DNA from: Stegostoma tigrinum
Taxonomy: Eukaryota
Length of the DNA stretch: 64,000 bases
Reading direction: 5' to 3'
Assembly: GCF_030684315.1 (NCBI RefSeq)
Contig: NC_081390.1
Span: 14,880,001-14,944,000 of the forward strand
The notes beneath the pieces were generated by a model, which searched no databases, was not told where the DNA came from, and was given only the letters and a program-made list of their open reading frames with translations. How positions within the stretch are numbered: position 1 is the stretch's first letter; every line of letters begins with the position of its first letter. Made by a program: the position numbers and the translations under genes. Of the stretch, positions 37,038 through 50,404 are shown piece by piece.

Positions 37038-40000
37038 CTCCTGAGATGCTGCTTGGCCTGCTGTGTTCATCCAGCCTCACATTTTATTATCTTGGAATTC
37101 TCCAGCATCTGCAGTTCCCATTATCTCTGAGCACATGCTTAAGATGGTTTGCAAAATAAAAATATCTGGAGGCAAAAGGGTAGACTTTATACACAGCAAG
37201 TGGCTGGAATCTGACATTGTGATAGAGGCAAATTCAATCAGGGTTTGTAAAATGGAATTGGGTGAGAACTTGAAAAGGAAAGGTTAGCAGGCAGAAGGAG
37301 GAAGGGTGTGGGAGAGTTACTATTATACGCGTCGTGGACACAGGTTACCTTCTATGCTGTAACCATTCCGTGACTCTTTAATTATGAAATATACTTGTGT
37401 TTTGTAAAACTGACAAAGCAATCGTAAAGATAGGTGTTTCAGTAATAATTCTCGGTGAAACAATTTTAAAATACCTAAATGCTGTGACAAGTAACTAAGG
37501 AAAGCAGATAAAACAAAGCTCTGCAATTAGATTCATCCAATTCATTATGCCCAGACAACTGAATTTTGGGCTCTAAATATTTGATTGAATGTATAAATTT
37601 AAATTGGGATATGTTGCAGAAGAATTTGAAGGATTGTATCGTGTAGTGGTGTTACGTTATACTATATTCAGACCAGAATCTAAACAAGTTTAAATAATAA
37701 AGGGTAATTATTTTGGCATCACAACAGGATATCCAATTCTGTTTTTTGAAAATATTCTTTCCATAGTTTGCATCTGATCATCAACAAATCTTGCAGTAGT
37801 TTACTGGACCACAATGTTAGGGAGTGTCGGTACAGTTTTTTTTCCATCCTCCCTTGCATTAATAAGATTCAAAGTTAAGAACAGTGTATTCTTAATGCAT
37901 GCCACAAACACACTGTTGCTCACTGTCACATTCTGAGCATCTTTTGGTGTCATCAAAGTTGAAGCTAATTAACTTTGTAGTTACTTTTATTACTTTTTTT
38001 GGTTTTACTGTTGGTTTTATCTTATCAAAACTCTTCCGAGGATAAAATTGTTTTGTATTTTGTATTGAATCTACTACATAATAAAATCTGAGTGTTTTGG
38101 GGGTAACGTAAAGAACACAATGTATTTCCCTCTTACAGCCAAGGTTTTTTTTGGCCTTTCAACATTTTTCTCCCTGGCAATATTCAAAAGAAATACAGTA
38201 GTCATAACATGATACTCACACTATATAATTACCTTAAGACCTAAAAGTGTAGTTATGTTCAAAAGACTTTCCCATTTTAGAATGAATAGTGCATTCAGTG
38301 CCAGTTTTCCTGTAAACATCTTCAAAATTATGGGTTTGTATAAAAATAAGAACGCAAGAAATATAGAGTCTTGAAACACGCTTTTGTGGTTCTATAGTAG
38401 TGCATTATAATGGCTGTAGTAATTTTCAAAAAGGCAAATTTGCAGTTTTTTAACTGATGCAGCTATGAACTGCAATAGTCTGGAAAGGAGGGTTGTTGCC
38501 CTTTTATTTCTGAAATGAAAACATCCATAAGGAAGGACGGTTTAATTACATTATAATTTGGAGGCTGTTAGCAGGTCAGAGCAGCTAAATTAAGTGATTT
38601 AAATATTAATTATGAATGAAATAAGTTGTTTAAGATATATTTAATAGCACTTGATAAAGCTGCAGCTGGGGCAATCCAGCAATAGAAAAATGCTAAGAAC
38701 AAAATTATCATAAACTATTAGCTTGTTTGCAAAGAATATTATGCTAACCTTTTAGCACTAACACACCCTACAATTAACATATCATAGGAGCTGCTTGCAA
38801 GCAAAGTCATGCAAATTGCATTTCTCAGATAAGGAGTATTCACAAAAAAATCAAAGAGAGGGTTGGTACGGTGTTCAAAGGCCATCAATCCTTGTGGTTG
38901 GGATTAGGAGTTGTAATGATTCTCCTATCAGTTTTAGCTTCTAATTAGATCACTTCCTTCAACCATTACAATAGATGAAGCATTGATTTCTGTGTTTTAT
39001 TGTGAAAGCCCTTTAATTTTAGGGCTGAGAATATGAATAGCCTAAGTAAAAGGACTAGATGAAGCATTGTTGATTGTCTTGTTTAAAACTGCTTTGTTGC
39101 TTGGAATGAAAGCAAGGAGAGTTGGGAATGGGATTGTGGGAAATTCAAGAATTATCATTCGCCTGATGCATACCCTCATCTCAAAATCAAAGTATTATCT
39201 GACTTTAAAAATTGTGTATTTTGTTCTGTATGTGCATTCCATTTTCTAACTGAAATGATACTGGAATTGTTTTAAAGTGTAAATATTAAAATAGTGTGAA
39301 ATCTCTACAATTTGAATCTTTATTTGGCTTCACAATTTGTTGGATGGCAAAATTTAAAATACTTTTTAAAAACTTTAAACAAATTATTGTTGAACAGATA
39401 GATGAGTTGATGAACACTATTAATCCCGTTTGTTTGGGATGGTCCAAATATTTCTCTGAATTCTGTTCCTGACAACAGGTATTGCAAGACTAAATTTGAA
39501 CTAAATAAAAGGCCTATAATTGGAATAATGCCCTTAAGAAAATAAAAGTTGAAGAATCACAGCATTGTAGCTGTCCTCTGGTAGAAGCAGGCACAGTATA
39601 CAATTTTGAGACTGTAACTGTTCCACTTGATAGCCCTTACACAACAATCAGTGACCCACATAATCTTTGGGGTTGAGTTGAGTTCATTTCTTCATGAAAC
39701 ACTACTATAGTACTTTGTCCTTTGATGCTATACTTGAGATAAGTAACCATTTCCCCTCCCTTTGCCCATCCCCCACCTCTGTTTATAATTTATATAGATT
39801 ATGGAAGAGGAAACTTCCTTCTCAGTTATTAAAGTTCTGAATGTTATGGAAGTAAGAGCTGATTTTCAAAGCATCTGTTAGGAAATCTCCTCTGAAACAC
39901 ATTGTTTCATTTCTTTTCCTGGTTTAAGTGGCACCAACACACATGTTCAATTCATTTTGAAAAGATAGCCCATGTTTATACGTCAGAATGTTCAGCCTAC

Positions 40001-40310
40001 GTGCAATTTAAATTGGTATCTTGTATTTCAGGCTTTTTTTTAAGCTTAGAAGCTGATGTTTTCAAACACATTTTAAACGTGTGTTAGATTTTGTGTCACA
40101 ATGCAAAAAAAAGTAAGGGCAAACTTTAAATGTACAAACTAAAATCTGCATGATGCTTTTGAAATGTTATACCTTAAGATCACAATAAATATTTGCTATT
40201 AATTTACAATATAATAACAATCTTGTTGCAATGTAATTTTTGACATGTTCAAAACATCTGCAATTTTTTCTGAGATTCCTGTCGCAGGATAAAGCATAAA
40301 GAGAATCCAT

Positions 40311-42227
40311 AACTTAACTCCATTGAAATAGTAATCTGCCTTCCTGTTCTTGCCACCAAAGTGGATAACCGCACATTTATCCACATTAAACTGCATCTGC
40401 CATGCATCCGTCCACTCACCTAGCCTGTCCAAGTCACCCTGTATTCTCAATACATCCTCCTCCCGTTTCACACTGCCACCCAACTTTGTGTCATCAACAA
40501 ATTTGCTAATATTACTTTTAATGCCTTCGTCTATATCATTAATATATATTGTAAACAGCTGCAGTCCCAGCACTGAACCTTGTGGAGCGCCACTGGTCAC
40601 TGCCTGCCATTCCGAAAGGGACCCGTTTATCACTACTCTTTGCTTCCTGTCAGCCAGCCAATTTTCAATCCAACTCAGTATTTTGCCCCCAATACCATGT
40701 GCCCTAATTTTGTTTACCAATCTCCTCTGCGGGACTTTATCAAAGGCATTTTGAAGGTCCAGGTACACTACATCCACTGGTTCTCCCTTATCCATCTTCA
40801 TAGATACATCCTCAAAAAATTCCAGAAGATTAGTCAAGCACGATTTCCTCTTCGTAAATCCATGCTGACTCTGACCTATTCTGTTACTGCTATCCAAATG
40901 AGTCGTAATTTAATCTTTTATAAACGTCTCCAGCGTCTTTCTCACCACTGACATCAGGCTAACCGGTCTATAATTTCCTGTTTTCTCTCTCCCTCCTTTC
41001 TTGAAAAGTGGGACAACACTTGCCACCCTCCAGTCCACAGGAACCAATCCTGAATCTATAGAACCTTGGAAATTAATTACTAACGCGTCCACAATTTCTA
41101 GAGTCACCTTCTTAAGTACACTGGGATGCAGACCATCAGGTCCCGGGGACTTATCGGCCTTCAGACCTAACAGTCTATCCAACACCATTCCCTGCCTAAT
41201 ATAAATACCCTTCAGTTCGTCCATTACACGAGGTCCTTCAGCCACTATTGCATCAGGGAGATTGCTTGTGTCTTCCCTAGTGAAGACAGATCCAAAGTAC
41301 CTATTCAACTCTTCTGCCATTTCCTTGTTCCCCATAATAAATTTACCTGTTTCTGACTTCAAGGGCCCAATTTTAGTCTTAACCATTTTTTTTTCTTTTC
41401 ACATAATACCTAAAAAAACTTTTACTATTCTCCTTTATATTTTTGGCCAGTTTTCCTTCATAGCTCATTTTTTCTCTGTGTATTGCCTTTTTAGTTATCC
41501 GCTGTTGCTCTTTAAAAGCTTCCCACTCATCTTTGCTATGTTATACTTCTTTTCTCTTTTACCTTTATACAGTCCTTAACTTCCCTCGTCAGCCACGGCC
41601 ACCCATGCCTCCCCTTAGGATCTTTCTTCCTCTTTGGAATGAACTGATCCTGCACCTTCTGCATTATATCCAGAAATACCTGCCATTGTTGTTCCACTGC
41701 CATCCCTGCTCGGGTATTATGCCACTGAACTTTGGCCAGCCCCTCCCTCATAGCTCCATAGTTCCCTTTATTCAACTGCAATACTGACACTTCCGATTCT
41801 CCCTTCTCCCTTCTCCCTCTCAACCTGCAGATTAATACTTATCATATTATGGTCACTATCTCCTAATGGCTCATTTACTTTGAGGTTCCTGATCAAATCT
41901 GGTTCATGGCACAACACCAGATCCAGAATTGCCTCCTCCCTGGTAGGCTCCAGTACAAGCTGTTCCAAGAATCCATCTCGGAGGCACTCCACAAACTCCC
42001 TGTCTTGGGGTTCATTACCATCCTGATTCTCCCAGTCTTACCGGCATGTTGAAATCTCCCATAACAAATGTAGTGATACCTTTGTGACAGGCCAATTTCA
42101 ACTGTTGATTCAACTTGCAGCCTACATCCTGACTACTGTTTGGGGGCCTGTAGATAACTCCCATTAGGGTCTTTCTACCCTTAGAATTTCTCAGCTCTAT
42201 CCATACTGACTCTACATCTCCTGACTC
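40311..42227 (-). mobile_element. CR1 LINE ORF2 internal fragment (APE through RT), few frameshifts
   Basis: ESVWIEL...GVIYRPPN...VMGDFN, EPTREEAILDLVL...LGDSDHN, KSPGPDGLHP, NYRPVSL, QHGF..KSCLTNL, QGSVLG, KFVDDTK, WQMQFNVDKC. Confidence 0.95.
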
Positions 42228-44329
42228 TGTCCCCCTCCAAAGTTTCTCCATTTAGGCTGAATTTGCTTTCCACGCTTTGGAACCTGTGATGCCATCTTTC
42301 TTCAGAAGTCACATGTTGGCTTTACCTTAACGGTGTGACTTTTCCTATCAAGGTTGACTAGCTCAAATTTCATTGTCTTCCTTCTAAAATCAGTCCTCCA
42401 AGACTTGGATGGCATTTTGTCTTGGTGACCCAATTATTATATCAGTTTTAATCACAACATGGGTCATTTTCTTTGCTGCTCTGAAATGATTGGGGTTGTT
42501 AAAACCCAGCTCCTAAAATCCTAAACCACCTTCCAATTGGCAGTTAGGTCGTTCAGCATCATTCACAAAGTATGCACAGGCTGCATTCGCTTCTCGCGAT
42601 CTCCAGTGGAGTTCATGTATATTAATTTAAGATTTAATCTACAGTAGACTGACAGAAATATTGAAATGCCACAATAACTGCATCACACCATGTAACAGGA
42701 AATCTATCAAGTGGTTAAAATGAGGATTGACAAAGCAAAAATTTGGGACAGCTTTTGGCTGGGTTGTTAAATGGTGGTAAATTATTTTTTAACATCATGA
42801 AATACATTATTTTGTTTGAAAAGAAAATATCATTGACTTCCACGGTGAAGTTCAGTCATTTGTACATCTATATCCTACAACTTAGTGACATTGATTCTTA
42901 AAGGTCAATGGTGAAATATCCTAGTTAACACTTGGAAGTGAAAGTACAGATGCGATCCAATGCAGTCGATAGAGTGTTATGGATTGTCTGAGAGCAGAGA
43001 AGATGAAGACAGCTGTAGGGCTTTGAGATTTTTGGTTCAGCAGATTTATAGCACATGTATCAAAGACAATTCTAAACTGTTTTAATCCATAAATGCATAA
43101 TTGAAATCTAATCATCTAACCATGGAGCATAGTGCACATAGTTGCGCAAGTGTTGTAATATATTGGCTAGGAAATTACTCAAATTAAGATTAAAAATTGA
43201 ATCATTTTTTAAAACTTAGGGCAAGGAAATAAAATATGTAACCTTCTAGCCTTTTATTTATTAACATGGCTGATTAAGTTTAAATAAAAAAACTGTACCT
43301 CGTGCCTTGTTTGGAGAGAAACCAAAGTTGAATACCATTTAAAGTACTGGAAAGAACAATTTATATGAATGACATATGAATGACAGACAGCGGTGCATAT
43401 AGAGGAGGCGGGAGAATGAAACTAACTAGCCAATTGGGAGAAAGTAATGCAATTTCTTCTTAATTTCATGGTGGCAGAGAAAGAAATGCATAATGAATAT
43501 TAAACCGTGTGGAACATGTTGAGAAATTCTGGCGGTTTCATGTAAAAAAAGTACAAAACAATTATACAGTCTTGAAATACAAGAAAGAATTAAGCTTCAA
43601 CAAGATTATAGTTGATACTATTACTTCTCAAGGTGGTAGAGCATGATTGAAAAATTTACATCATAACTTTTCAATTAAAGTGAACAAGCACCTTGTTCAG
43701 ATATAATTATTTGTTTAAAAATCTTCATGCTATTCTGTATTGACTGAGAAAGCAGATTTCAAACAAGTATGCCTTTTTATTCTTTTGAAAGACATGATCT
43801 TTATGGTAAACAGAAGCACACCGTGCAAAGGAACATTTAAATTGGCTTTGAGTTTCAGTTTTGATTATCACTTATATGATCATCTTCACAGCTAAAGGTC
43901 CTATATTTATCTTACAAATTTTGAACTAATTATGAGAATTCAGATAAGTGAAGGCAGACAAGAAACTTCTTTGCACTACTTTGAGTTAGTGAATGTGGAA
44001 TTCCCATAACACCATTTCATTTTGAAATAACTAATAGATACTGTATATGCATAGCATCAGAGGCATTGGCACTATTTAAAGTAAGTCATCAGTTAAGGCA
44101 TGGCAAAGCAATTGATGCAACTTTAAGTTGAATAGAAACAATATTGAAGAAGCAATTGAATGGATTTTATCCCTGAGAAATTATTTTGTTTTGTATTGTT
44201 GCAAGCAAACAATTAGACATCCAAATCAAAATTTCTATTTTAACAATATTGTCATCTTATACTTTGCTTTGGAATGTCCCGAGAGAGAAGTGTGTAACGA
44301 TGCATTCCATGTTCTGATTAGGAGCTGTA

Positions 44330-45150
44330 CAGTCACATGATAGCATGCTTTAGGTTTCCATCTCTAGGGAAAGTATAAGTCTTGGCAATAATCAGTTCTG
44401 AGGCAGCTAATGATTCTCTACTGTTGTTTGAAAGATGTGATCCTTCAGGCTCTACGGTGAGGTCCCATATAAGGATTCCCTTTGGGGTGTTGCAATTCTT
44501 CCAGGCATTTTGCAATTGGTTGACAAGGTTGTGGACAGACCATTGAAGCTCCTTGAGGGTGGTCCAAATTAGGCTTTTGGATTCTTAGAAGTAGGTCAGT
44601 GAAGTCATCCTAGATTGGCATATCGTTGCTGGTATAAGTTTCATGCTTTAAAGGCTGGAAGTTCACAATCAAAGTGTAGCAGTATATTGTATGAAAACAT
44701 AGGCAACCAGCGAGTGAATTTGAATAAAAATGTACTGTGGTTAATTCCCATAGCAGTGTTCAGCTAGATACATTAACAACAGTTGACAATCTTGCCAAAG
44801 GGCAGTATTCTGCTGTTCAGTAAATCACAAGGGAAGGGTGGAAGTGGAGTGCTACCATACAAAGGGTTTGAATATCAGCTTCACATGTAGGTCTGAGGAA
44901 TTTCAGAACTATGTTGATCGTAGGTTTTAGTTTCTTTGCAAGTTTCTGGCACCTAATGACAGAGTGCAGTGGAGCATAACTCTGAAAACCCGGAGCATTT
45001 TTTGACCAGGCTGACCGCCCATACTGCAAAAGGAGATTTTCAGAGTTGATGTCGAGGTGAAATGTCAATGTGACAGACTTCTGTGGATATGGCCAAAGTC
45101 ACCATTGATAGAAGTCGTCTCCAATTCTTAGCCAATGTGGTTTGGTTCTT
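44330..45150 (-). mobile_element. possible ancient PLE coding remnant
   Basis: The minus strand near 44460-44550 gives frameshifted SFNxLST/NLVxQLQ/C..GILxxG, resembling the GIY-YIG start. GC content is higher than the flanks. Confidence 0.3.
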
Positions 45151-45809
45151 CGTGGTGGCAGGCATATTTTTGTTTTCTGTGACATTATCTTGGTTGCATG
45201 TGAACTTTTGGGATTCGATTCAGGCAGACCACTGCTGTAAATATTGAATAATAAAGGTTCCGGGGGAGAGCCCAGCTGGAACCTATTGGTCTGTATCCTG
45301 CATCTGCTCTTGGCAGTACCAATGCAAGCATTAAAGTGTCTGTTTTAAAGTATGGAATTGAGCATATGGATTTTTATTTTGCAAGGGAACCTTCATAAAT
45401 GAACCTTGCTTCCATATTGTGCCATTAGCCACTGACAAGTCTATGAACATCTACACTGCAAACTTGCTTCATATGCATTGTTAAAGCAAACAGTTGATCA
45501 GACGAGAGATGTCCATGTGTCATTCAAAATGTAGAGCAGTCCAAATACTAGATTTTGGTGCATTGCTCCCAAACTAAAAGGAGGAAGTGCTTACTGATAA
45601 ACCACGGAATGGGTTAATGTGAAAGCATATTGTAGCTATTATACAAATATCTATGGATTAAAACATTTAAAACCCATATTATGATGGATAATTAGGCAGC
45701 TGTCTTGAATTACAGACTGTGCACAGATTCGTGGAAGGAACGCATCACAGCCATAATGTTACTTTAGTTGCTTTCCAGAAATTACTCAATTTCAACAATT
45801 GTGACACTC

Positions 45810-46195
45810 AAACAAGATGAGGACGAAGGAAGCATTTCAAAGACTCCCCAAAGGCTTCCCTCAAGAAATGCAGCATTGATGTCAACATGTTGGAGAGCCT
45901 TGCCAAATGATACTGATTAAAGAAACCTACTGTATGATGGGACACACTTTTTTGAGAACACCTATCAGCAAGAGGAAACACAGAAAAAGTAACTGGAGAA
46001 AGGAATGCCAGTTATCTAAAGGCCAAGGACTAATTCCATCTCCAGGAATCACCTGATGAATGTTTGGTTGGAGATATGGCTCTGGATCAGACTCATCAGC
46101 CACACAAGAATCCACAACACCCCTTTGACCAGTGATACAGAATTTCCTAGGTAGGCGATCATACTCATTAATGAGTGATTGTCAACGACAATGAC
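45810..46195 (+). mobile_element. RTE-clade LINE 3' remnant
   Basis: ggacgaaggaagcatttcaaagactccccaaaggcttccctcaagaaatgcagcattgat = GRRKHFKDSPKASLKKCSID...LESLA (RTE C-terminal motif GQxKRFKDxLKxSLK). Confidence 0.7.
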
Positions 46196-47041
46196 TTCTT
46201 TCATAGTGAGAGCACCCTTTGTTCAATCATACTGGCATGGCCCTGCCTTCCATATGGCGATCTTACCAAAATATTTGTATTTTGAACTACTGTCCAGCAG
46301 AAAGATGCCTTAGATCTGATCTTTATTTTGTTTTCATTGATGATGTGCTGTATTTGTTAGATCCTTTGTTATTGATGTATCTTGCACTATTCTACGTCAT
46401 GTTAAAGTTCTAAATGACCTACAGAGCAGATAGAATTACTGTCTTTGAATAGTTCTCAAGAATAACCACTACAGCCAACCCATTGAGAATATGGTACTTT
46501 ATTGTGAAGCAATTTGAACATTTCAATGGAAGGAATTACCGGAAATTGGCAATGACATGCAAATCTATCATTTGGATGCCATTCTGGAAGCTTTGAACAC
46601 ACTGTCTTTTCCCAAAGATTTGAAATGAATTTCTCCAAATCCCATTTCCAAAGCCAATTTCAGTCAAGAGGTAGGGAAGTAGAAGCTGTTCAAGTGTTGG
46701 GATTTTCTTCATGCTAAAGGCCAAGGTCTGCAATTATAAGTGAATTCTTGCTCATTATGAACTGATGTTTAGCAGTGCACACAATATCTGACGGTATTGC
46801 TTTGCATCAGCATTAATCTGAAACTAGCACTTAGCTAACTGGATAAGACATGTACCTTTAGTGATCCTTGTGGGTGTTGGAAAGCAGAAGAACTAACACA
46901 CTCATCAGACAGTAATTAGATTATAAACCACCAAGCAGGTTCTATACATAACAATGTTCAACCATTAAGTAGGAAGCAATAGAGTGGTGTGTTATATTAA
47001 ATGTATGCTGTGTTCTCAGGTCCAAAATTTTCTGTTGAAAA

Positions 47042-47693
47042 TAGAGTCATAGAGCTGTATAGCATAGAAAATCATCCATACCAACCAGATATCCTAAATT
47101 AATCTGGTCATTTGCCAGCATTTGACCCATATCCTTTTAAACCCTTCCTATTCATATACCAATCCAGATGCCTTTTAAATGCTGTAAATTTACCAACCTC
47201 CACCACTTCCACTGGCAGCTCATTCCATAAATGCGCCACCCTTTGCGTGAAAAATTTGCCGCTTAGGTCCCTTTTATATTGTTTCCCTCTCACATTAAAT
47301 CTATGCCCTTCATTTTTGGACTCCTCCACCCCCTGGAAAAGACCTTGGCTATTCACCCAATCTATGTCCCTCATGATTTTATAAACATCTGTAAGGTCAC
47401 CCCTCAGTCTCTGGAACTCCAGGGAAAATAGTTCCAATCTATTCAGCCTCTCCCTTTAGTTCAAACCTTCCAACCCTGTAAATCTTTTCTGAACCCTTCC
47501 AAGTTTCACAACATCTGTCCTATTGCCAGGAGACTAGAATTGAATGCAGTATTCCTAAAGTGGCCTAACCAATGTCCTGTACAGCCACAACATGACCTCC
47601 CAGCTCCTGTATTCAATGCACTGACCAATGAAGGCAAGCATACCAAACACCACCTTCACTGTCCTGTCTATCTGCGACTCCACCTTCAAAGAA
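47042..47693 (-). mobile_element. CR1 LINE 3' end (family A)
   Basis: ELFSLEFQRLRGDLTDVYKIMR...KFFTQRVAHLWNELP; tail atagagtcatagag. Confidence 0.9.
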
Positions 47694-48430
47694 CTAACAC
47701 AGTAAACTTGAACTTACATCTGTTCTGTGTCTTAATGCACCTGTTTTCTTCCTTATTGAATAACATTGAGTGATCCTTCCACTACATTATGCCCAACAGG
47801 CTATTTTCTGTGCCCTTTCCATTATGAGTTCCTTTTAACATGGACAGGTCATTAGCCTGCTTCACAACTCCCTATATCAGGAATCTGATCTGTCAGTTGG
47901 ATGAGGCAGGTCTCTGCTCTACAGATGACAGATCCTACTGAATAGCAATCCAAAATTCAGAAATCAGGAGTTCAGCAGGACATTCTTACAAGTGAAGATT
48001 CATAATAGTCAGTGAAGAAATTCTTTGAAATCATTTTCAGCTGAGCTGCAGTACCGTACGTATAAATAATAAACAGGGAATTTCGTTGGGATCATAAACC
48101 TGCCGACAGCTTTTGATCTCAGTTGACCAAAGGGTGGTTGATTCATAAACTGACATATCGAAAGGAAACTTTTGTAAAACCTAATTCAAAACGTATGACC
48201 AATGTTGGCAGCATAATATTGTATTACTGTTGTTTCTTGTCCTCAGTGGGCCTTCTTAGTCAGTTGATACCATTCTCATGTGGTTGTGCTTCCAAACTGG
48301 TACGAAGATGGAATTGTAAGATTTTGACCAATGTCATTGACATATTGCCAAATCAGGACATGTTATAGTAACATTACCAAAACAAAACATTGAAAACGCT
48401 CAGTATCTGTGGAGAAAAAATCTTTCAGCT

Positions 48431-49348
48431 TGTCATGACCCAGGATCATAATCTCAGATCACCTGTGGGTGTATTGATTTTTTTTGTGTGGTATGTGCTT
48501 TTATAAAGAGAGGATGCAGCCAAAATATGCAAATGGATGTAAATTCATTGAATATTTGGAGGGGAATCCTGCAAAGACACACCTAAAGATGTAAATGTAG
48601 CTTCAAAGGGAAAAATACACCACAAACTAAATTGTAATCGCTTGTGGCTAGTTTAGACTGTGAACATGATGGGAGAGAAAAGCCAGCAGTGTGAGTAAAA
48701 GACATTTTTGTGTTTTTCCCTTTTAAGAACATTCAAAGACAGTGATTAAAAGCTAGTTTCAACCTTAGTTTGTGTGTGGCTTTTAGGGTGAGGTACTTAT
48801 GTGCACTAGCTTGGATTCAGATGTTGAAATGCTGTGTGGTCACAGTGGAAGTACGATCCACTAGTCACCTGTGCATTGCAAGTAAAACATTCTCCCATTC
48901 AAAGAGCTGAAAGCTATTTACCAAGGTAATTCAAAGGTAAGCAGGACAAAAGAATTTCAGTCTACAAAACCAAGACTCTCAAAATTTACTGCACAACTAT
49001 TAACATTCCACAATCTCCTCTTCACAAATAACCCAGTGACTGATCTGCATATCTTTTAATTTTCACCTTTCTTTTGGACTTGCTTCTCATTTTCTAATCT
49101 GCAGGCTGCAGTATTATTTAATCTCATGTTTAGTAACCAATAATTCTTCTGTCAACTCAGAAAGCCTGGTAAGGTTGACTTCTTTTAACACATAATTTTT
49201 ATTGGTCTGGGAGAAAGGTATCCACAAGAGAGGAGATCCTTTTTAGTTAACGTTGTTGTAACTGACCAAAGGGGCAGGCAGGTGGAGCCACTTCGCCCCT
49301 GCTCACCCGGGAGCTGACATTTTGGGGTATCTGGTCCGAAACCATAAT
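48431..49348 (+). mobile_element. probable LTR (solo, or with a PBS stub)
   Basis: Starts TGTCATGA, is non-coding, and ends ccataata followed by aattgggg (PBS-like stub). No TSD recognised. Confidence 0.35.
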
Positions 49349-49599
49349 AAATTGGGGAAGCATTGCTTTATCAAGCTCAATCATTTCATTGGGAGCGAGA
49401 TATGACAATTACGCATGACATTGTTGAACTTGTCCTTCTTGGTGATAGATATTGTATGGTAGAATGTATTGTTGAAATAAGATTACTTGAGTTCTTGGAG
49501 TGCATCCTGTGTGTAGTATATTATCACAACCATAGTGGCCATGGATAAGCACATGGACATACTGCATTTTGATACCTGTGGTAGAGGCACCGATTTAAA

Positions 49600-50403
49600 T
49601 GATTTGATTTTGATTTGAATTGATTTCTTGTAATGGCATGTACCTAAGTACAATGAAAAGTTTTATTTTGCAAGTACAAGCAGATCATAACAAACAAGGA
49701 TGTACAGATCATAGAGATAGTAGGAACTGCCGATGCTAGAGAATCTGAGATAACAAGGTATAGAGCTGGATGAACACAACAGGCCAAGCAGCATCAGAGG
49801 AGCAGGAAAGCTGATGTTTTGGGTCTGGACTCTTCTTCTGAAGAAGGGTCCAAACCCAAAACATCAGCTTTCCTCCTCCTCTGATGCTGCTTGGCCTGCT
49901 GTGTTCATCCAGCTCCACAACTTACTATCGTGCACAGATCATAGGTTGCTCAGACAGAGCGAGGCATAAAACGTCACGGCTGCACAGGAGGTACCCAAAG
50001 CAAGATCAACATTATCTGAAGTTATTGGACTGGCAAATAGACTTCCTAACAGCAGGGTAGAAGCTGTTCTTGAACCTGTTGGTGCATGTGTTTATGCTTC
50101 TGCCTGATGGTAGAGGTTGGAAGAGTGCATTAATGGAGCAGGAGGGATCTTTGATGTTGGCAGACTTTCCGCGACTGTGCGTACAACTTTGTGCAGTTTC
50201 TTACCTTGTTGGGCAGAGCAGTTGCCGTACCAGGTCGTTATTCACTCAGAATGCCTTCCATGCTGCATCGATAAAAGTTGGTGAGGATCCTTATGGACAT
50301 GCAAAATTTCCTAAGCCACCTGAGGAAGAAGAGGTGCCATTGTGCTTTCTTAACTGTCGCATCTACATGGGAGGTCCAGGACAGATTGTTGGTTATCATC
50401 ACT
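49600..50403 (-). mobile_element. Rex1/Babar LINE 3' fragment, interrupted by a mini-PLE
   Basis: Minus strand TVKKAQWHLFFLRWLRKFCMSIRILTNFYRC...WYGNCS (Rex1 KKAQQRLxFLR motif); (GATTT)-like tail at 49600-49625. Confidence 0.8.
49715..49930. mobile_element. fold-back mini-PLE, family 1b
   Basis: Tail on the left; arms meet at ctcttc|ttctgaagaaggg (decayed hammerhead); TSD tg(t/c)acagatcatag at 49701-49714 and 49931-49944. Confidence 0.88.
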
Positions 50404-50404
50404 A

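Larger units (their letters stand above)
35465..37128 (-). mobile_element. young 5'-truncated Neptune-type Penelope-like element with inverted terminal piece + tail
   Basis: Body on the minus strand 35465-37037; inverted terminal segment 37038-37093 and tail 37094-37128 on the plus strand; perfect TSD gagcacatgcttaagat at 35448-35464 and 37129-37145. Confidence 0.95.
35160..37380 (+). mobile_element. old CR1 3' remnant (35160-35464 + 37129-37380) hosting the large PLE
   Basis: agagatttacaaggatggctccaagg...gaaatgttcaagata...acaaccagagagcacatgcttaag (TRGHxLK) continues after the TSD. Confidence 0.6.

Noticed and set aside
37038-37070. Start codon of the 430-aa ORF (MNTAGQAASQE)
   Set aside because: These codons come from the inverted terminal piece read backwards. 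The fusion is incidental, and the RT lacks its N-terminal half.
35797-37130. Several plus-strand ORFs
   Set aside because: They are antisense shadows of the GC-rich PLE ORF.
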